Notes: generated by a model not told the origin, from the letters alone. A stretch of DNA of 64,000 bases from an uncultured Ruminococcus sp. (GCA_946534605.1 CAMNCU010000003.1:954-64953); one strand, 5' to 3'. Shown: positions 1 through 9,583, counted from the stretch's first letter. Numbers and translations are program-made.

Positions 1-153
1 GCACCAGCTGTCTTTCAGATTGACACTGCCCTGACGGATAGACTTGACTTCTGTTCCAGTGAGTTCAATACCGGCTTCAAAAGTTTCCAGAATAAAATAT
101 TCGTGTCTTGCCTGGCGGTTTTCAGTGATAAGTTTTGTACCTTTGGAGCGCAT
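1..153 (-). CDS. smpB: SsrA-binding protein SmpB, N-terminal fragment (gene runs off the left edge)
   Basis: ATG at 153..151 on the minus strand reads [51 protein letters not shown] to base 1 with no stop. This matches the conserved SmpB N-terminus. It is absent from the ORF track because it is truncated. Confidence 0.85.
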   Translation of the reverse strand, partial: MRSKGTKLITENRQARHEYFILETFEAGIELTGTEVKSIRQGSVNLKDSWC

Positions 154-198
154 GATTTCACCTGCTTTCCGGATTTAGGATATGAAAAAGATTCAGAA

Positions 199-435
199 TT
201 ATTCGTCGAAGCTGTCCAGATTCAAAGTATCGATTAATTCACGAAGCTTGACAAGCTCATCGGCGGTGAAAGTAATGCCTTTTCCCATGCGACTGTGGTC
301 AGGAGACCAGTCGCGGATGTCATATTTGGGTTCACGGTCATTCCAGCTGACAAGATTCAGTTCCTTTGTCCAGCCGCGACCGTTGTCGCCGAGTTCACCG
401 AGATGTTCTGTAATTTCAAATTTCAGTTCTGCCAT
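199..435 (-). CDS. PC4/YdbC-like single-stranded DNA-binding protein
   Basis: 78 aa. The stretch GWTKELNLVSWNDREPKYDIRDWSPDHSRMGKGITF closely resembles the Lactococcus YdbC / PC4-fold family as I recall it. Confidence 0.7.
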   Translation of the reverse strand: MAELKFEITEHLGELGDNGRGWTKELNLVSWNDREPKYDIRDWSPDHSRMGKGITFTADELVKLRELIDTLNLDSFDE

Positions 436-540
436 GATAGATTCCTCTTTCCGGGTGTTGATATACAGTTTTTCAGACCTGTATTTATATTATACAACAT
501 CCGGAAAGATTTTGCAAGTGTTTTTTGAAAAAATTTAAAA

Positions 541-2121
541 TTATTTTTTTTCTTCGTAATGCCACTGGAATTTGATTCGTTCATGATTGTTCGGGTCTGC
601 ATGGGGGAAGATGATGAAATTTTTTCCTTCGGCAGAAGCTTCAAGTTTTTTTCCTGTCAGGAGCTGCTTGACCTGAAAGGCATTGATTTTAATTTTTCCG
701 AAATGAACGGACTGCAGGTTCATACCGCAGTTCTGGCACAGTCCGGAAAGCCGGAAAAGAACCTGCCCGCACTGGGGGCAGAGATAGAGTTCTTTTGTTT
801 TCCAGGAAGGGGGATGACTTTCCTGATTGACTTCAGGAGAAATTTTAAAAATTCTGTTTTCATTTTTCGGATGGAGTTCGACAGGGGAGTGATTCAGGAG
901 TTGTTTTGTCTGTTCATTAGTCAGGAAAATCTGATTTTTCTTGTTCAGGCTGTCAGGCACAGCGTACAGCAGCATACCACAGGAACAGGAACGGGTATTT
1001 TTGTTTTTCCGACCGGACAGAAGCAGCGGTTTCTGACAGTTTGGACAGAGCGCATCATATTTCACGGAAGCCGCATGATGCATCTTACTGAGATTCCTGC
1101 CGCATTTGCAGTAATCAGAATTTTCAGCATCACTGGCATAAACAGCCCTTTTGCAGGAAGGGCAGCAGCCAAGGGGCTTTTCGTGCAGAAGTCTGCTGTA
1201 TTCCGCAGAACAGCTTTCCAGAATTTTCTGATACAGCTGATTTTTGCTGTCATTCTGCTTGAACCATGAAACTGCCTGTGTCCGTGTTTTCTGAGACATG
1301 GGAGAAAGACCGGATTCTGTTTCAAGTGCCTGAATTCTGGATTCCAGTTCGTCAAGCCGGGCGACTTGTTTCCGGATTTGTGCATTCTGAATCCGGATTT
1401 CATTCTGATTGGAAAATACAACAAGAGAACGGAGACGTTTCTGAATTTCAGAATCTTTACAATATGTCTGAATCAAGCGGATATGATTCTGATTCTGTGT
1501 CAGGGGGTCATCATAATCGCCGCAGATTAATTTTTTATTTTTATTATCATAACTGATTTTGATTTCTGATTTCCAGTGTTTGCATTCCAGTACCAGAATC
1601 AGCCGGGACGTTATCAGAATAAAATCGGACTGTGCGCTTTCCTTATCCTCACCGGAAAGATAGAAATCATGCAGAAGAGTCATATTTTTCGGAATGCTGC
1701 ACAATTTATCATACACCATTTTTTCGCCTTTGTCCCCGGCGGAAGTATTGGAGATTTCAGAATTCAGTTCTTCTTTGAGTTCTTTGACGCGAACCGGAAG
1801 GGAAGAGCTTTCCGGAAAGGAAGCATCCAGTTTCCGGGATAATTTTTCCAGTTCACTGATGTAACTGCTGTGATTCTGAAAGGCTTTCAGTACAGTGCAT
1901 TTTTCTTTTGTCTGAGCAGAATTTGCCGGAGTTTTGGACTTCTGATATGACTGCACAGGTTTTGCCGGCGTTTTTTTCTTCTGATATGACCGTACAGGCT
2001 TAGCAGATTTTGCCGGAGTGTCCGTCTTTTTCTGCCGTGCCGGGCTTTCTTCTTTTTGATTGCCGGAAACCAACTTTTTCCAGAAACTGCCAAAATTCTT
2101 AAAAACTCCCATTGCTTGCAT
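541..2121 (-). CDS. NERD-domain protein with Lys-rich N-terminal repeats and C-terminal zinc ribbons
   Basis: NERD-like core (DFILITSRLILVLECKHW). N-terminal repeats PAKSAKPVRSYQKKKTPAKPVQSYQKSKTPA. Three CxxC...CxC(G) zinc-ribbon pairs in the C-terminal half. Confidence 0.6.
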   Translation of the reverse strand: MQAMGVFKNFGSFWKKLVSGNQKEESPARQKKTDTPAKSAKPVRSYQKKKTPAKPVQSYQKSKTPANSAQTKEKCTVLKAFQNHSSYISELEKLSRKLDASFPESSSLPVRVKELKEELNSEISNTSAGDKGEKMVYDKLCSIPKNMTLLHDFYLSGEDKESAQSDFILITSRLILVLECKHWKSEIKISYDNKNKKLICGDYDDPLTQNQNHIRLIQTYCKDSEIQKRLRSLVVFSNQNEIRIQNAQIRKQVARLDELESRIQALETESGLSPMSQKTRTQAVSWFKQNDSKNQLYQKILESCSAEYSRLLHEKPLGCCPSCKRAVYASDAENSDYCKCGRNLSKMHHAASVKYDALCPNCQKPLLLSGRKNKNTRSCSCGMLLYAVPDSLNKKNQIFLTNEQTKQLLNHSPVELHPKNENRIFKISPEVNQESHPPSWKTKELYLCPQCGQVLFRLSGLCQNCGMNLQSVHFGKIKINAFQVKQLLTGKKLEASAEGKNFIIFPHADPNNHERIKFQWHYEEKK

Positions 2122-2129
2122 TCTCGCTT

Positions 2130-2172
2130 TCTAAAAAAATCATTCTGCCGGAACAGAAATATTCCGGCAGAA
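2130..2172 (-). terminator. Intrinsic terminator after the trxA/FTR-like pair
   Basis: Arms TTCTGCCGGAA (2143..2153) and TTCCGGCAGAA (2162..2172), followed on the minus strand by a T-run (2132..2140). Confidence 0.7.
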
Positions 2173-2177
2173 AGAAA

Positions 2178-2378
2178 TCATTTCTGATTGTCTTTATAAT
2201 ATAACAGACAGTGACAATATCCTTCAAATGCAGGGTCAGCAATCTGTTCCCGGAACTCTTTGCACATGCATTTTGTATCCGGTGTGCGTTCCAGACGGCA
2301 GGGGCAGTAACCGCCTGTGTTTTTCAGTCCTTCGCGAATCATATCGACAATCTTTTTATCTTCGTTTAATCTGACCAT
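2178..2378 (-). CDS. Ferredoxin-thioredoxin reductase catalytic-subunit-like protein
   Basis: 66 aa from ATG 2378 (MVRLNEDKK...). Carries the CPC...CMC...CHC cysteine pattern of FTR catalytic chains. The start lies 1 nt after the trxA stop. The longer track ORF (to 2462) overlaps trxA and is unlikely. Confidence 0.65.
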   Translation of the reverse strand: MVRLNEDKKIVDMIREGLKNTGGYCPCRLERTPDTKCMCKEFREQIADPAFEGYCHCLLYYKDNQK

Positions 2379-2379
2379 G

Positions 2380-2697
2380 TCAGGAAACCCCGTTTTTCCG
2401 GAAAATTTCCTTAATCTGTGCCGCGTTGTGCAGTCCGGTGATACGCTCCGCAGGCTGACCATTCCGGAATAGAATCATTGTCGGAATGGCAGAAATTCCG
2501 TATTTTATCAGCAGTTCGCGGTTTTCGTCAGCATTGACCTTGCCGATTTTCAGAGCGGGATTTTCTTCATCAATCTGATGGAGAATTTCTCCCTGCATCA
2601 TGCAGGGCGCACACCATGCTGCCCAGAAATCGACTAAAATCGGCACATCACTCTGGATTGCCTGTTCAAAACTTTCCTGATTGAGATTGGTAATCAT
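2380..2697 (-). CDS. trxA: Thioredoxin
   Basis: 105 aa with the WCAPC active site (DFWAAWCAPCMMQ) and typical thioredoxin length. Confidence 0.9.
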   Translation of the reverse strand: MITNLNQESFEQAIQSDVPILVDFWAAWCAPCMMQGEILHQIDEENPALKIGKVNADENRELLIKYGISAIPTMILFRNGQPAERITGLHNAAQIKEIFRKNGVS

Positions 2698-2719
2698 AAT
2701 GAAAAATTCCTTTCTGTTT

Positions 2720-2763
2720 GATTTTTATAAAACAGAGGTCAGAACACTGTGTTATGACCTCTG
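2720..2763 (-). terminator. Intrinsic terminator downstream of the lipoprotein gene
   Basis: Arms CAGAGGTCA (2733..2741) and TGACCTCTG (2755..2763), with T-rich tracts on both sides. Confidence 0.55.
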
Positions 2764-2799
2764 CAATATTTTTTGATATCTGAACTTGTTTTATACAAA

Positions 2800-3714
2800 T
2801 TATTCAGCAGCTGCATCAGCGGCTTCTGCGTCAGCATCAGCAGCCGGCGCGTTGCTTCCGTCAGTACCTGTAATGCTGAATGTCACTTCTACAGTTGTCC
2901 ACTGTGCGAAGGCAGCCGGGTCGATAATCTGTGCAGAATAATCTGCGCAGGCATCCAGAGCGTTGCCGTCTGCGTCATACAGTGCGCCGTCCGGAGTGCG
3001 GGCATCATCAGAAGGTGCAGACACATAAGAATTATAGATATTCGTTCTGGTTTCTGCGCCGTCATCACTGGAAGTATAGTTTTTAGCGGTCAGTTCCACT
3101 TCATTGCCGTCTACTTTAATGCTTTCCACTCTGATAACTGCACCCGGATAGAGGGATTCGCCGTCCGGAATCATAACGGACATGAAACTCAGACCTTCCG
3201 GAACATACTGATCTGTCGGGTCGCCTGTCGTATCATAACGGAAACCGTTGGTATCGGCAGTAACGCTGACAGTGTAAACGCCGTCGCCCTGAATATCAGC
3301 GATACCGGCATTATAGGAAAGCATATAGCCGTCTTTTTCAGCACTGCCCCAGTACTGAATCCACCACTGACCGTCTACAATGGCAAGATATGCCTGACCG
3401 GGCTGTGCGGAATTGGCAGGTTCAAATTCCACATCCTGAGCGGCAGTGACTTCCTGTGCGTTCTGGGAAGCATCAGAACCGCCTTCAGCAGAATTATCAG
3501 CTGAAGAATCAGCCGGCGCATCAGATTCAGCGGCACTTGCAGCAGCATCGCCGTTGGCAGCAACCGGAGAAGTTTCCGGAGCTTCCTGAACGACTTCGGA
3601 ACTTGTATTGTCAGCAGCAGTAGAAGAATTTCCATTAGAACCGCCGCAGGCTGTAAATGCAGCACCCATCATCAGGGCAGCAGTCAGACAGGCAAGATAT
3701 TTTTTCATTTTCAT
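2800..3714 (-). CDS. Secreted lipoprotein, function unknown
   Basis: Signal peptide plus lipobox (MKMKKYLACLTAALMMGAAFTAC-GGS), an Ala/Ser/Asp-rich linker, then a globular C-terminal domain. Start chosen 9 nt after AGAGGA; the track ORF extends to 3744. Confidence 0.6.
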   Translation of the reverse strand: MKMKKYLACLTAALMMGAAFTACGGSNGNSSTAADNTSSEVVQEAPETSPVAANGDAAASAAESDAPADSSADNSAEGGSDASQNAQEVTAAQDVEFEPANSAQPGQAYLAIVDGQWWIQYWGSAEKDGYMLSYNAGIADIQGDGVYTVSVTADTNGFRYDTTGDPTDQYVPEGLSFMSVMIPDGESLYPGAVIRVESIKVDGNEVELTAKNYTSSDDGAETRTNIYNSYVSAPSDDARTPDGALYDADGNALDACADYSAQIIDPAAFAQWTTVEVTFSITGTDGSNAPAADADAEAADAAAE

Positions 3715-3869
3715 AATCATTAGTCCTCTTTTCATAGTTTTCAAAATAAATATATTTCTATGATTTAATCATACACGATTTTTCAAAAAAGTGCAATATA
3801 CGAAATGCAAGAATTTTATGCGTGCTTTTCTCGGAAAACTGTCATAACCGACAAAAATCGGCACTTCTG

Positions 3870-5795
3870 TCAGGAATCCAGTTCGCAGAGTTCAGCGAAA
3901 CAAGCTTCGGACTGATTTTTTGCCTGTTCCATTTCTGCACAGACTTCCTGCATTTTCTGATAATCCGTACAGATTTCGGGGAGTGTGAGTTTTTCTTCGA
4001 GTTCGGCGATTTTGAACTCCAGCGTTTCAATCTGGTTTTCGAGTTCTTTGATTCTGTTTCGTCTGGCGGCATCGGCACTGCGCTGGGCTTTGGAACGATG
4101 GGAAGAAGCTGCCGCGGCTTGTTTTGCCTGTCTTGCCTTTTCAAGCTGTTCCGCCTGTGCCTGCGCCTGAGCAGCAGCTTTCTGTTTTGCTTTTTCTTCG
4201 AGATATTTTTCAAATCCGTAAGGATGCAGAACTGCGCCTTCCGAAGTGAGTTCCAGAAGCTGTGTCGCTAATTTTTTCAGAAAATATCTGTCATGAGAGA
4301 CAAACAGAAGCGTTCCGGTATAATCATCAAGAGCCTCTTCGAGTACTTCTTTCATGGGCAAATCCAGATGATTGGTCGGTTCGTCCAGAAGCATTACATT
4401 CGCATGTTCAAGCATGAGCAGAGCGAAACACACTCTTGCGCGTTCGCCGCCGCTGAGTGCCGAAACCGGCTTGAAGACATCTTCTCCGGTAATGCGAACC
4501 TGTCCGAGCAGATTCCGGACTTCGCCGTCGAGCATGGCAGGGAAGCGGTCATGCAGTTCGTCAATGACCGTATTTTCCGGATTCAGATTGGTACTTTCCT
4601 GGTCGAAATAAGCTGTTCTGATATTTTTATTAAAACGGATAATGCCGTCATGCGGCAGAAGATTCAGGATTTCTTTCAGAAGCGTAGATTTGCCGATGCC
4701 GTTCACGCCGATAATACCTAATTTTTCGCCGCGCCGGACGATAAAATTAATATCTTCCAGTAATTTTTTCCGGTCTGCGCCTTCGCCGACGGAAATATCC
4801 GCGTGTTTGACTTCCAGAACTTCCTGCGGCGGTTCGATTTCGTAAGTGAAACTTAATCCGGCGCGTTTCTGTGCCGTAACGGGCTTTTCGATGCGTTCCA
4901 TTTTATCAAGCTGTTTCTGACGGCTTTTCGCGCTTTTCGAGGTCGAAGCCCTTGCCATGTTCCGGGCGACATAATCTTCCAGTTTGGCGATTTCCTTCTG
5001 CTGAAGTGCGTATTCTTTCGCCTGACGTTCGACTGCGGCGGCTTTCAGAACTGTATAATCTGAATAATTGCCTTTGAACCGGGTTAGTCTGCCGCGTTCG
5101 ATTTCGCAGATGCTTGTGCAGAGTTTATCCAGAAAATAGCGGTCATGCGAAACTATCAGGAGCGCACTCCGGCTGGATTGCAGATAGTCTTCCAGCCACT
5201 GAATCGTTTCAAAATCCAGATGATTGGTCGGTTCGTCAAGAATCAGCAGATTCGGAGATTCCAGAAGCAGCTTACAGAGGGCAAGCCTTGTTTTCTCGCC
5301 GCCGCTGAATCCGGAAACTGTCCGGTGAAATTCTTCCTGTGTAAAACCCATACCGAACAGAACTGTCCGGATTTTCACTTCGATTTCATAGCCGCCGCTC
5401 ATCTGAAACCATGCGGAAAGCCTGTCATATTCTTCCAGAATTTTTTCATCATGATTGGTAAGCTGCTGTTCAAGCTTCCGGATTTTCTCCTGTGTTTCGA
5501 GCAATTCAGAAAAGACGCTCTGCATTTCCTCCCAGACGGTCAGACTGGAATCCAGTGCGGCGGACTGTGCCAGATAGCCGACAGAAGTCTTGGCGGCGCG
5601 GATAATCTGTCCGTCGCCTTCCTGTTCATGGTCGGGCAGAATCTGTCCGAGCAGAATCTTCAATAAAGTGGATTTTCCGCATCCGTTCGCGCCGATTAAG
5701 CCGATTCTGTCATTATCTTCAATTTGCAAGTCAATATCTGACAGTAATTTCACGCCGTTGTAGATTTTATTTATCTTCACTGCTTTGAGCAGCAT
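3870..5795 (-). CDS. ABC-F family ATPase (two ABC domains, no permease, C-terminal coiled coil)
   Basis: Two Walker A motifs (GANGCGKST, GVNGIGKST), two signature motifs (FSGGEKTR, LSGGERAR) and a charged Ala/Gln/Lys-rich C-terminal tail. Confidence 0.85.
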   Translation of the reverse strand: MLLKAVKINKIYNGVKLLSDIDLQIEDNDRIGLIGANGCGKSTLLKILLGQILPDHEQEGDGQIIRAAKTSVGYLAQSAALDSSLTVWEEMQSVFSELLETQEKIRKLEQQLTNHDEKILEEYDRLSAWFQMSGGYEIEVKIRTVLFGMGFTQEEFHRTVSGFSGGEKTRLALCKLLLESPNLLILDEPTNHLDFETIQWLEDYLQSSRSALLIVSHDRYFLDKLCTSICEIERGRLTRFKGNYSDYTVLKAAAVERQAKEYALQQKEIAKLEDYVARNMARASTSKSAKSRQKQLDKMERIEKPVTAQKRAGLSFTYEIEPPQEVLEVKHADISVGEGADRKKLLEDINFIVRRGEKLGIIGVNGIGKSTLLKEILNLLPHDGIIRFNKNIRTAYFDQESTNLNPENTVIDELHDRFPAMLDGEVRNLLGQVRITGEDVFKPVSALSGGERARVCFALLMLEHANVMLLDEPTNHLDLPMKEVLEEALDDYTGTLLFVSHDRYFLKKLATQLLELTSEGAVLHPYGFEKYLEEKAKQKAAAQAQAQAEQLEKARQAKQAAAASSHRSKAQRSADAARRNRIKELENQIETLEFKIAELEEKLTLPEICTDYQKMQEVCAEMEQAKNQSEACFAELCELDS

Positions 5796-5813
5796 AGTAT
5801 CACCCTTGATTTC

Positions 5814-6950
5814 TTATTTTTTCTTTTTGAGCATTTCCAGAAACAGGTCTTTGATTTTCTTTTTGCCTTCCGGGGTGTCAAGTTCTTCCTGACGCATTTC
5901 GCCCTTGAAAATCATTTCCAGAATTTTGATATAGGCTTCACCGAGCGCAGTAGTCAGCAGTCCGGCGGTCGCGCCGGAAATCGTTCCGCCAACGGCAGTT
6001 CCCACGCCGGGAATCAGTTTCAGCAGATTGGAAACAATCGTTCTGCCGAGAATCGTTGCACCGCCTGCACCGATAGTCGAAGATACAAAACAGGTCAGCA
6101 GACTTTTGCTGATATTCATGCCGAATACTGCCGTAATGCTCGCAAGCATGGTGACCTGTGTCGGCACGAGCATAGAAGCATCCGCAAACGGTACAGGAAC
6201 AAAACCCTCACCAAATGCCGCGGTGACGGAAGCCGCGACGATGGCGTGCGCTCTCTTTTTTTTTGCTTCCAGAGAAGCTTTCTGCACGTTCTGCAACGTG
6301 TCCTGTAAATCGTCCGGAAGTACGCTTGTCATGAGTTCAATCAGCGTGTCAAGTCCGTAAGCCTTGACGGTATAATCTTCATCAAGTTCCATATCCTGCG
6401 CCAGTACCGGAACGACTTTATTAATATGAAAATTCTCTGCTTCTACCAGTTTCTGCATTTCGAGAGCCTTCTTTTTCGGACAGCCCTGCGTCAGAATGAT
6501 AAAAATCGGCACTCTGGTGATTTTATTTTCTTCTGTGAATGTTCTGAGCCATTCTTCCTCGAAGCTGTCGAATGTCCGGTTTGAGCCGACATTGATGCAG
6601 TACCAGATACAATGAATGGCTTTGTTGACATCTTCCGAAGCCGCCCCGTCGCGGATAAGCTTCAGAACTTCCTGTTTAGTTCTGTCCTGCTGTTCCTTGC
6701 TGAGTTCAAAACCGGGCGTATCGTAGATAGTCAGCGGAAAATCCGGTTTTGTATAGCTTCTGATTTCCTGTGTGACAGGTCTGCCGATTCCGGTTTCGGC
6801 GAGGTTTTCGCGGAATACGGAATTAATCAGCGTACTCTTGCCGACACCCGATTTTCCCAGAATGACAATATTTAATTTATTCAGATTCCGGATTTTCTGA
6901 TTGATTTCCTGAATGCATTTTGCAGCTAATTGTTCGGGATGATATTCCAT
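5814..6950 (-). CDS. GTPase domain fused to a Gly/Ala-rich DUF697-like membrane-associated domain
   Basis: P-loop GKSGVGKSTLINSVF and DTPG. The C-terminal half is hydrophobic and Gly/Ala-rich (VGTAVGGTISGATAGLLTTALG). Confidence 0.6.
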   Translation of the reverse strand: MEYHPEQLAAKCIQEINQKIRNLNKLNIVILGKSGVGKSTLINSVFRENLAETGIGRPVTQEIRSYTKPDFPLTIYDTPGFELSKEQQDRTKQEVLKLIRDGAASEDVNKAIHCIWYCINVGSNRTFDSFEEEWLRTFTEENKITRVPIFIILTQGCPKKKALEMQKLVEAENFHINKVVPVLAQDMELDEDYTVKAYGLDTLIELMTSVLPDDLQDTLQNVQKASLEAKKKRAHAIVAASVTAAFGEGFVPVPFADASMLVPTQVTMLASITAVFGMNISKSLLTCFVSSTIGAGGATILGRTIVSNLLKLIPGVGTAVGGTISGATAGLLTTALGEAYIKILEMIFKGEMRQEELDTPEGKKKIKDLFLEMLKKKK

Positions 6951-6966
6951 AACAAATCACCCTTTC

Positions 6967-7143
6967 TTATTCAGCATCAAATTCGTCGTCATTTTGCTTG
7001 TCCGGATACATGATGTGATAAGCCTTGCTTGTCAGCTTATCCAGAAGCACAGGCAGAAACAGAAGACTTGCCAGACCTGCAACGAGACTGCCGAGAACAT
7101 AAAACAGCGTGAGTTTCTTCTTTCCAGTCTTTTCTTTTTTCAT
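6967..7143 (-). CDS. Small membrane protein, hypothetical
   Basis: 58 aa from ATG 7143, 9 nt after AAGGA. It has one predicted TM segment (LTLFYVLGSLVAGLASLLFLPVLL). Confidence 0.4.
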   Translation of the reverse strand: MKKEKTGKKKLTLFYVLGSLVAGLASLLFLPVLLDKLTSKAYHIMYPDKQNDDEFDAE

Positions 7144-7172
7144 AACAATCAATCCTTTCATTAAGTTAAATT

Positions 7173-7922
7173 TTACAAGTCAATTTCCAGACCTACCGGA
7201 CAATGGTCGCTGCCCAGGATTTCCGGATAGATTTCCGCTTTGCTGATTTTATCTGCAATCCGGTTCGAGACAAGAAAATAATCGATTCTCCATCCGACAT
7301 TCCGGCTTCTTGCCTGATGCATGTATGACCACCATGTATAGGCATCTTTCTGGTCTGGATGCAGATACCGGAAAGAATCCGTAAATCCGGCAGATAATAA
7401 TTCTGTAAATTTTCCGCGTTCTTCGTTTGTGAATCCAGCGTTGCCGATATTCGCTTTGGGATGTTTCAGGTCAATTTCCTGATGCGCGACATTCATATCA
7501 CCGCAGATGATGACAGGCTTGTCCTTATCCAGTTCCTGCATGAACTTCCGGAAATCGCCTTCCCATTCCATACGGTATCCGAGCCGTGTCAGTTCACGCT
7601 GTGCGTTCGGAACGTAGATATTCACCAGCCGGAATTTTTCATATTCGGCGATGATGGTTCTGCCTTCATCAGTGTGAACTCCGTAATTGAATGTTACCTT
7701 CAGGGGCGTTTGTTTCGTGAACAGTGCCGTTCCGGAATAGCCCTTCTTGACTGCACTGTTGAAATACTGTTCATATCCGTCGAATTTTGTTGTCACCTGT
7801 TCCGGCTGCATTTTTGTTTCCTGAATGCAGAACATATCTGCATCAAGGGCTTTGAAGTGTGCTTCAAAACCCTTGTTCAGATTTGCCCGGAATCCGTTGA
7901 CATTCCATGAAATCAGTTTCAT
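7173..7922 (-). CDS. xth: Exodeoxyribonuclease III (AP endonuclease)
   Basis: 249 aa. Starts MKLISWNVNG, with CIQETK and GSDHCPVGLEI motifs typical of Xth/ExoA. Confidence 0.9.
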   Translation of the reverse strand: MKLISWNVNGFRANLNKGFEAHFKALDADMFCIQETKMQPEQVTTKFDGYEQYFNSAVKKGYSGTALFTKQTPLKVTFNYGVHTDEGRTIIAEYEKFRLVNIYVPNAQRELTRLGYRMEWEGDFRKFMQELDKDKPVIICGDMNVAHQEIDLKHPKANIGNAGFTNEERGKFTELLSAGFTDSFRYLHPDQKDAYTWWSYMHQARSRNVGWRIDYFLVSNRIADKISKAEIYPEILGSDHCPVGLEIDL

Positions 7923-7939
7923 CGGGGATTCCTTTCTGT

Positions 7940-8143
7940 TTATTGAGCTAAATAGGCGTTGTCTGATTCGATAATCACCGTATTGGCGCAGACGGAAATC
8001 AGCATCAGCAGATTTTCGTCTTTGTCAGTAATCCGGATATAATTATCCATTTCCTGAATTGTCACATTTTCAAAATGCCGGAAAAACATCCGGTTCATGT
8101 TCTTGTCGTAGAAGCTGACGGTATAATTTCCCATGCTGTTCAC
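7940..8143 (-). CDS. Hypothetical small protein
   Basis: 67-aa ORF placed tightly between the aminopeptidase gene and xth. No recognisable motif. Confidence 0.35.
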   Translation of the reverse strand: MNSMGNYTVSFYDKNMNRMFFRHFENVTIQEMDNYIRITDKDENLLMLISVCANTVIIESDNAYLAQ

Positions 8144-8145
8144 CG

Positions 8146-9561
8146 TCAGGATTCCAAAAAGACCTTAAACGCTCTGTAAGCCGCCCAGACATCTGTTTTG
8201 GCAACGAGTTCATAAGGTGCATGCATCGACAGCACCGGAACGCCGATATCGATAGTATCAATATCCAGATTGGCGATATAAGCCGCAACAGTACCGCCGC
8301 CGCCAAGGTCAACTCTGCCGAGTTCTCCGGTCTGCCAGATAACGCCGCCGTCATCGAGAATTCTTCTGACTTCGCCGACGAATTCGGCAGAAGCATCAGA
8401 AGTACCGGATTTTCCTCTTGCGCCGGTGAATTTCGTCACGCAGACACCGTGATTCAGATACGCGCAGTTATTTCTTTCCAGAACTTCCGGGAAAGTGGGG
8501 TCAAACCCGGCATTGACATCGGCAGACAGGCATTTCGATGCGCTCATGACGGCTCTGCCGTTTGCACTGAAGCATTCCGCTAAATCGCAGAGGAAATATT
8601 TCAGATAAGAAGATTTCAGTCCGGTATTGCCGTCACTTCCGGTTTCTTCCTTATCGGTCAGGATAACAACGCTGGTATGTTCCGGCGCAGTAACAGACAG
8701 AGATGCCCGGAATGCCGGATAAGAACAAACTTTATCATCATGACCGTAAGCACCAATCAGGCTTCTGTCGAAGCCGACATCCTTTGCCTTGTAAGCCGGA
8801 ACAGCTTCCAGTTCGGCAGAGAGGAAATCTTCTTCGGTAATGCCGTATTTTTCGTTCAGTAATTTCATTAAGGCAAGCTTGACGAGTTCGTTTCCGTTAT
8901 CGGACTTGAACGGCATAGAACCGATAACAATATTCAGTTCTTCGCCTTTGATAATCTGCGGAGCGGTTCTTCTCATCTGTTCATCAGCGAGGTGCGGAAG
9001 CAGGTCAGTAATATAGAATACCGGGTCTTCTTCGTCTTCGCCGATGCGGACAGTTACTTTCGAGCCGTCCTTCTTCACGATAACGCCGTGCAGGGAAAGC
9101 GGTACGGTCGTCCACTGATATTTCTTGATTCCGCCGTAATAATGCGTCTTGAAATAGCCGATTTCCTGATTTTCATACAGCGGATGCTGTTTCATATCCA
9201 GACGGGGAGAATCAATATGTGCCGCACACAGACGAACGCCTTCGCGGATATCCGCTGTGCCGATGGTTGCCATAATAACGGCTTTTCCGCGGTTGTTGAG
9301 ATAAATTTTATCTCCGGGATGCAGCTTCATGCCGGGCTGAAATTCCTGATAGCCCTGTTTCTGAAGTTCATCAATTACAAAAGCATTGATTTCGCGTTCG
9401 GTCTTGGCAGTATTCATGAACGCCTTGTAATCTTCGCAGAACTTGTTGCAGGTCTGGAGTTCTAATTCGTCCATGCGCTGTGCGGCGTGTCTGTTCTGTG
9501 CGAACAGCTGTTCTTTCAGGGCTTTTACTTCATCTTTGGTTTTCTTAGGCATAGTAAACAC
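8146..9561 (-). CDS. M18-family aminopeptidase
   Basis: 471 aa with HIDSPRLD and other M18 (aspartyl aminopeptidase-like) signatures. Confidence 0.8.
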   Translation of the reverse strand: MFTMPKKTKDEVKALKEQLFAQNRHAAQRMDELELQTCNKFCEDYKAFMNTAKTEREINAFVIDELQKQGYQEFQPGMKLHPGDKIYLNNRGKAVIMATIGTADIREGVRLCAAHIDSPRLDMKQHPLYENQEIGYFKTHYYGGIKKYQWTTVPLSLHGVIVKKDGSKVTVRIGEDEEDPVFYITDLLPHLADEQMRRTAPQIIKGEELNIVIGSMPFKSDNGNELVKLALMKLLNEKYGITEEDFLSAELEAVPAYKAKDVGFDRSLIGAYGHDDKVCSYPAFRASLSVTAPEHTSVVILTDKEETGSDGNTGLKSSYLKYFLCDLAECFSANGRAVMSASKCLSADVNAGFDPTFPEVLERNNCAYLNHGVCVTKFTGARGKSGTSDASAEFVGEVRRILDDGGVIWQTGELGRVDLGGGGTVAAYIANLDIDTIDIGVPVLSMHAPYELVAKTDVWAAYRAFKVFLES

Positions 9562-9583
9562 TTCTTTCTGAAAAATTAAATAT

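Noticed and set aside
1-198. Expected a tmRNA (ssrA) gene next to smpB.
   Set aside because: Only the 5' end of smpB is in the window. Its downstream region, where ssrA usually lies, is left of base 1. Nothing tRNA-like is visible in 154..198.
559-1269. Long antisense ORFs inside clear genes. Examples: 559..1269(+), 13336..14127(-), 16018..16806(-), 29494..30180(-), 34100..35173(-), 36205..36942(-), 22509..23144(+).
   Set aside because: Each lies wholly within a gene on the opposite strand that has strong family motifs. They lack ribosome-binding sites, and their translations are low-complexity or Phe/Arg/Cys-rich, typical of shadow frames.
3842-4213. Arg/Lys-rich 123-aa ORF and other alternative frames over the ABC-F C-terminal coiled coil; similarly 37340..37771 and 37416..37820 over the acidic linker.
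   Set aside because: These are alternative-frame readings of repetitive GAA/GCA/CAG-rich coding sequence. The annotated frames carry the conserved domains.
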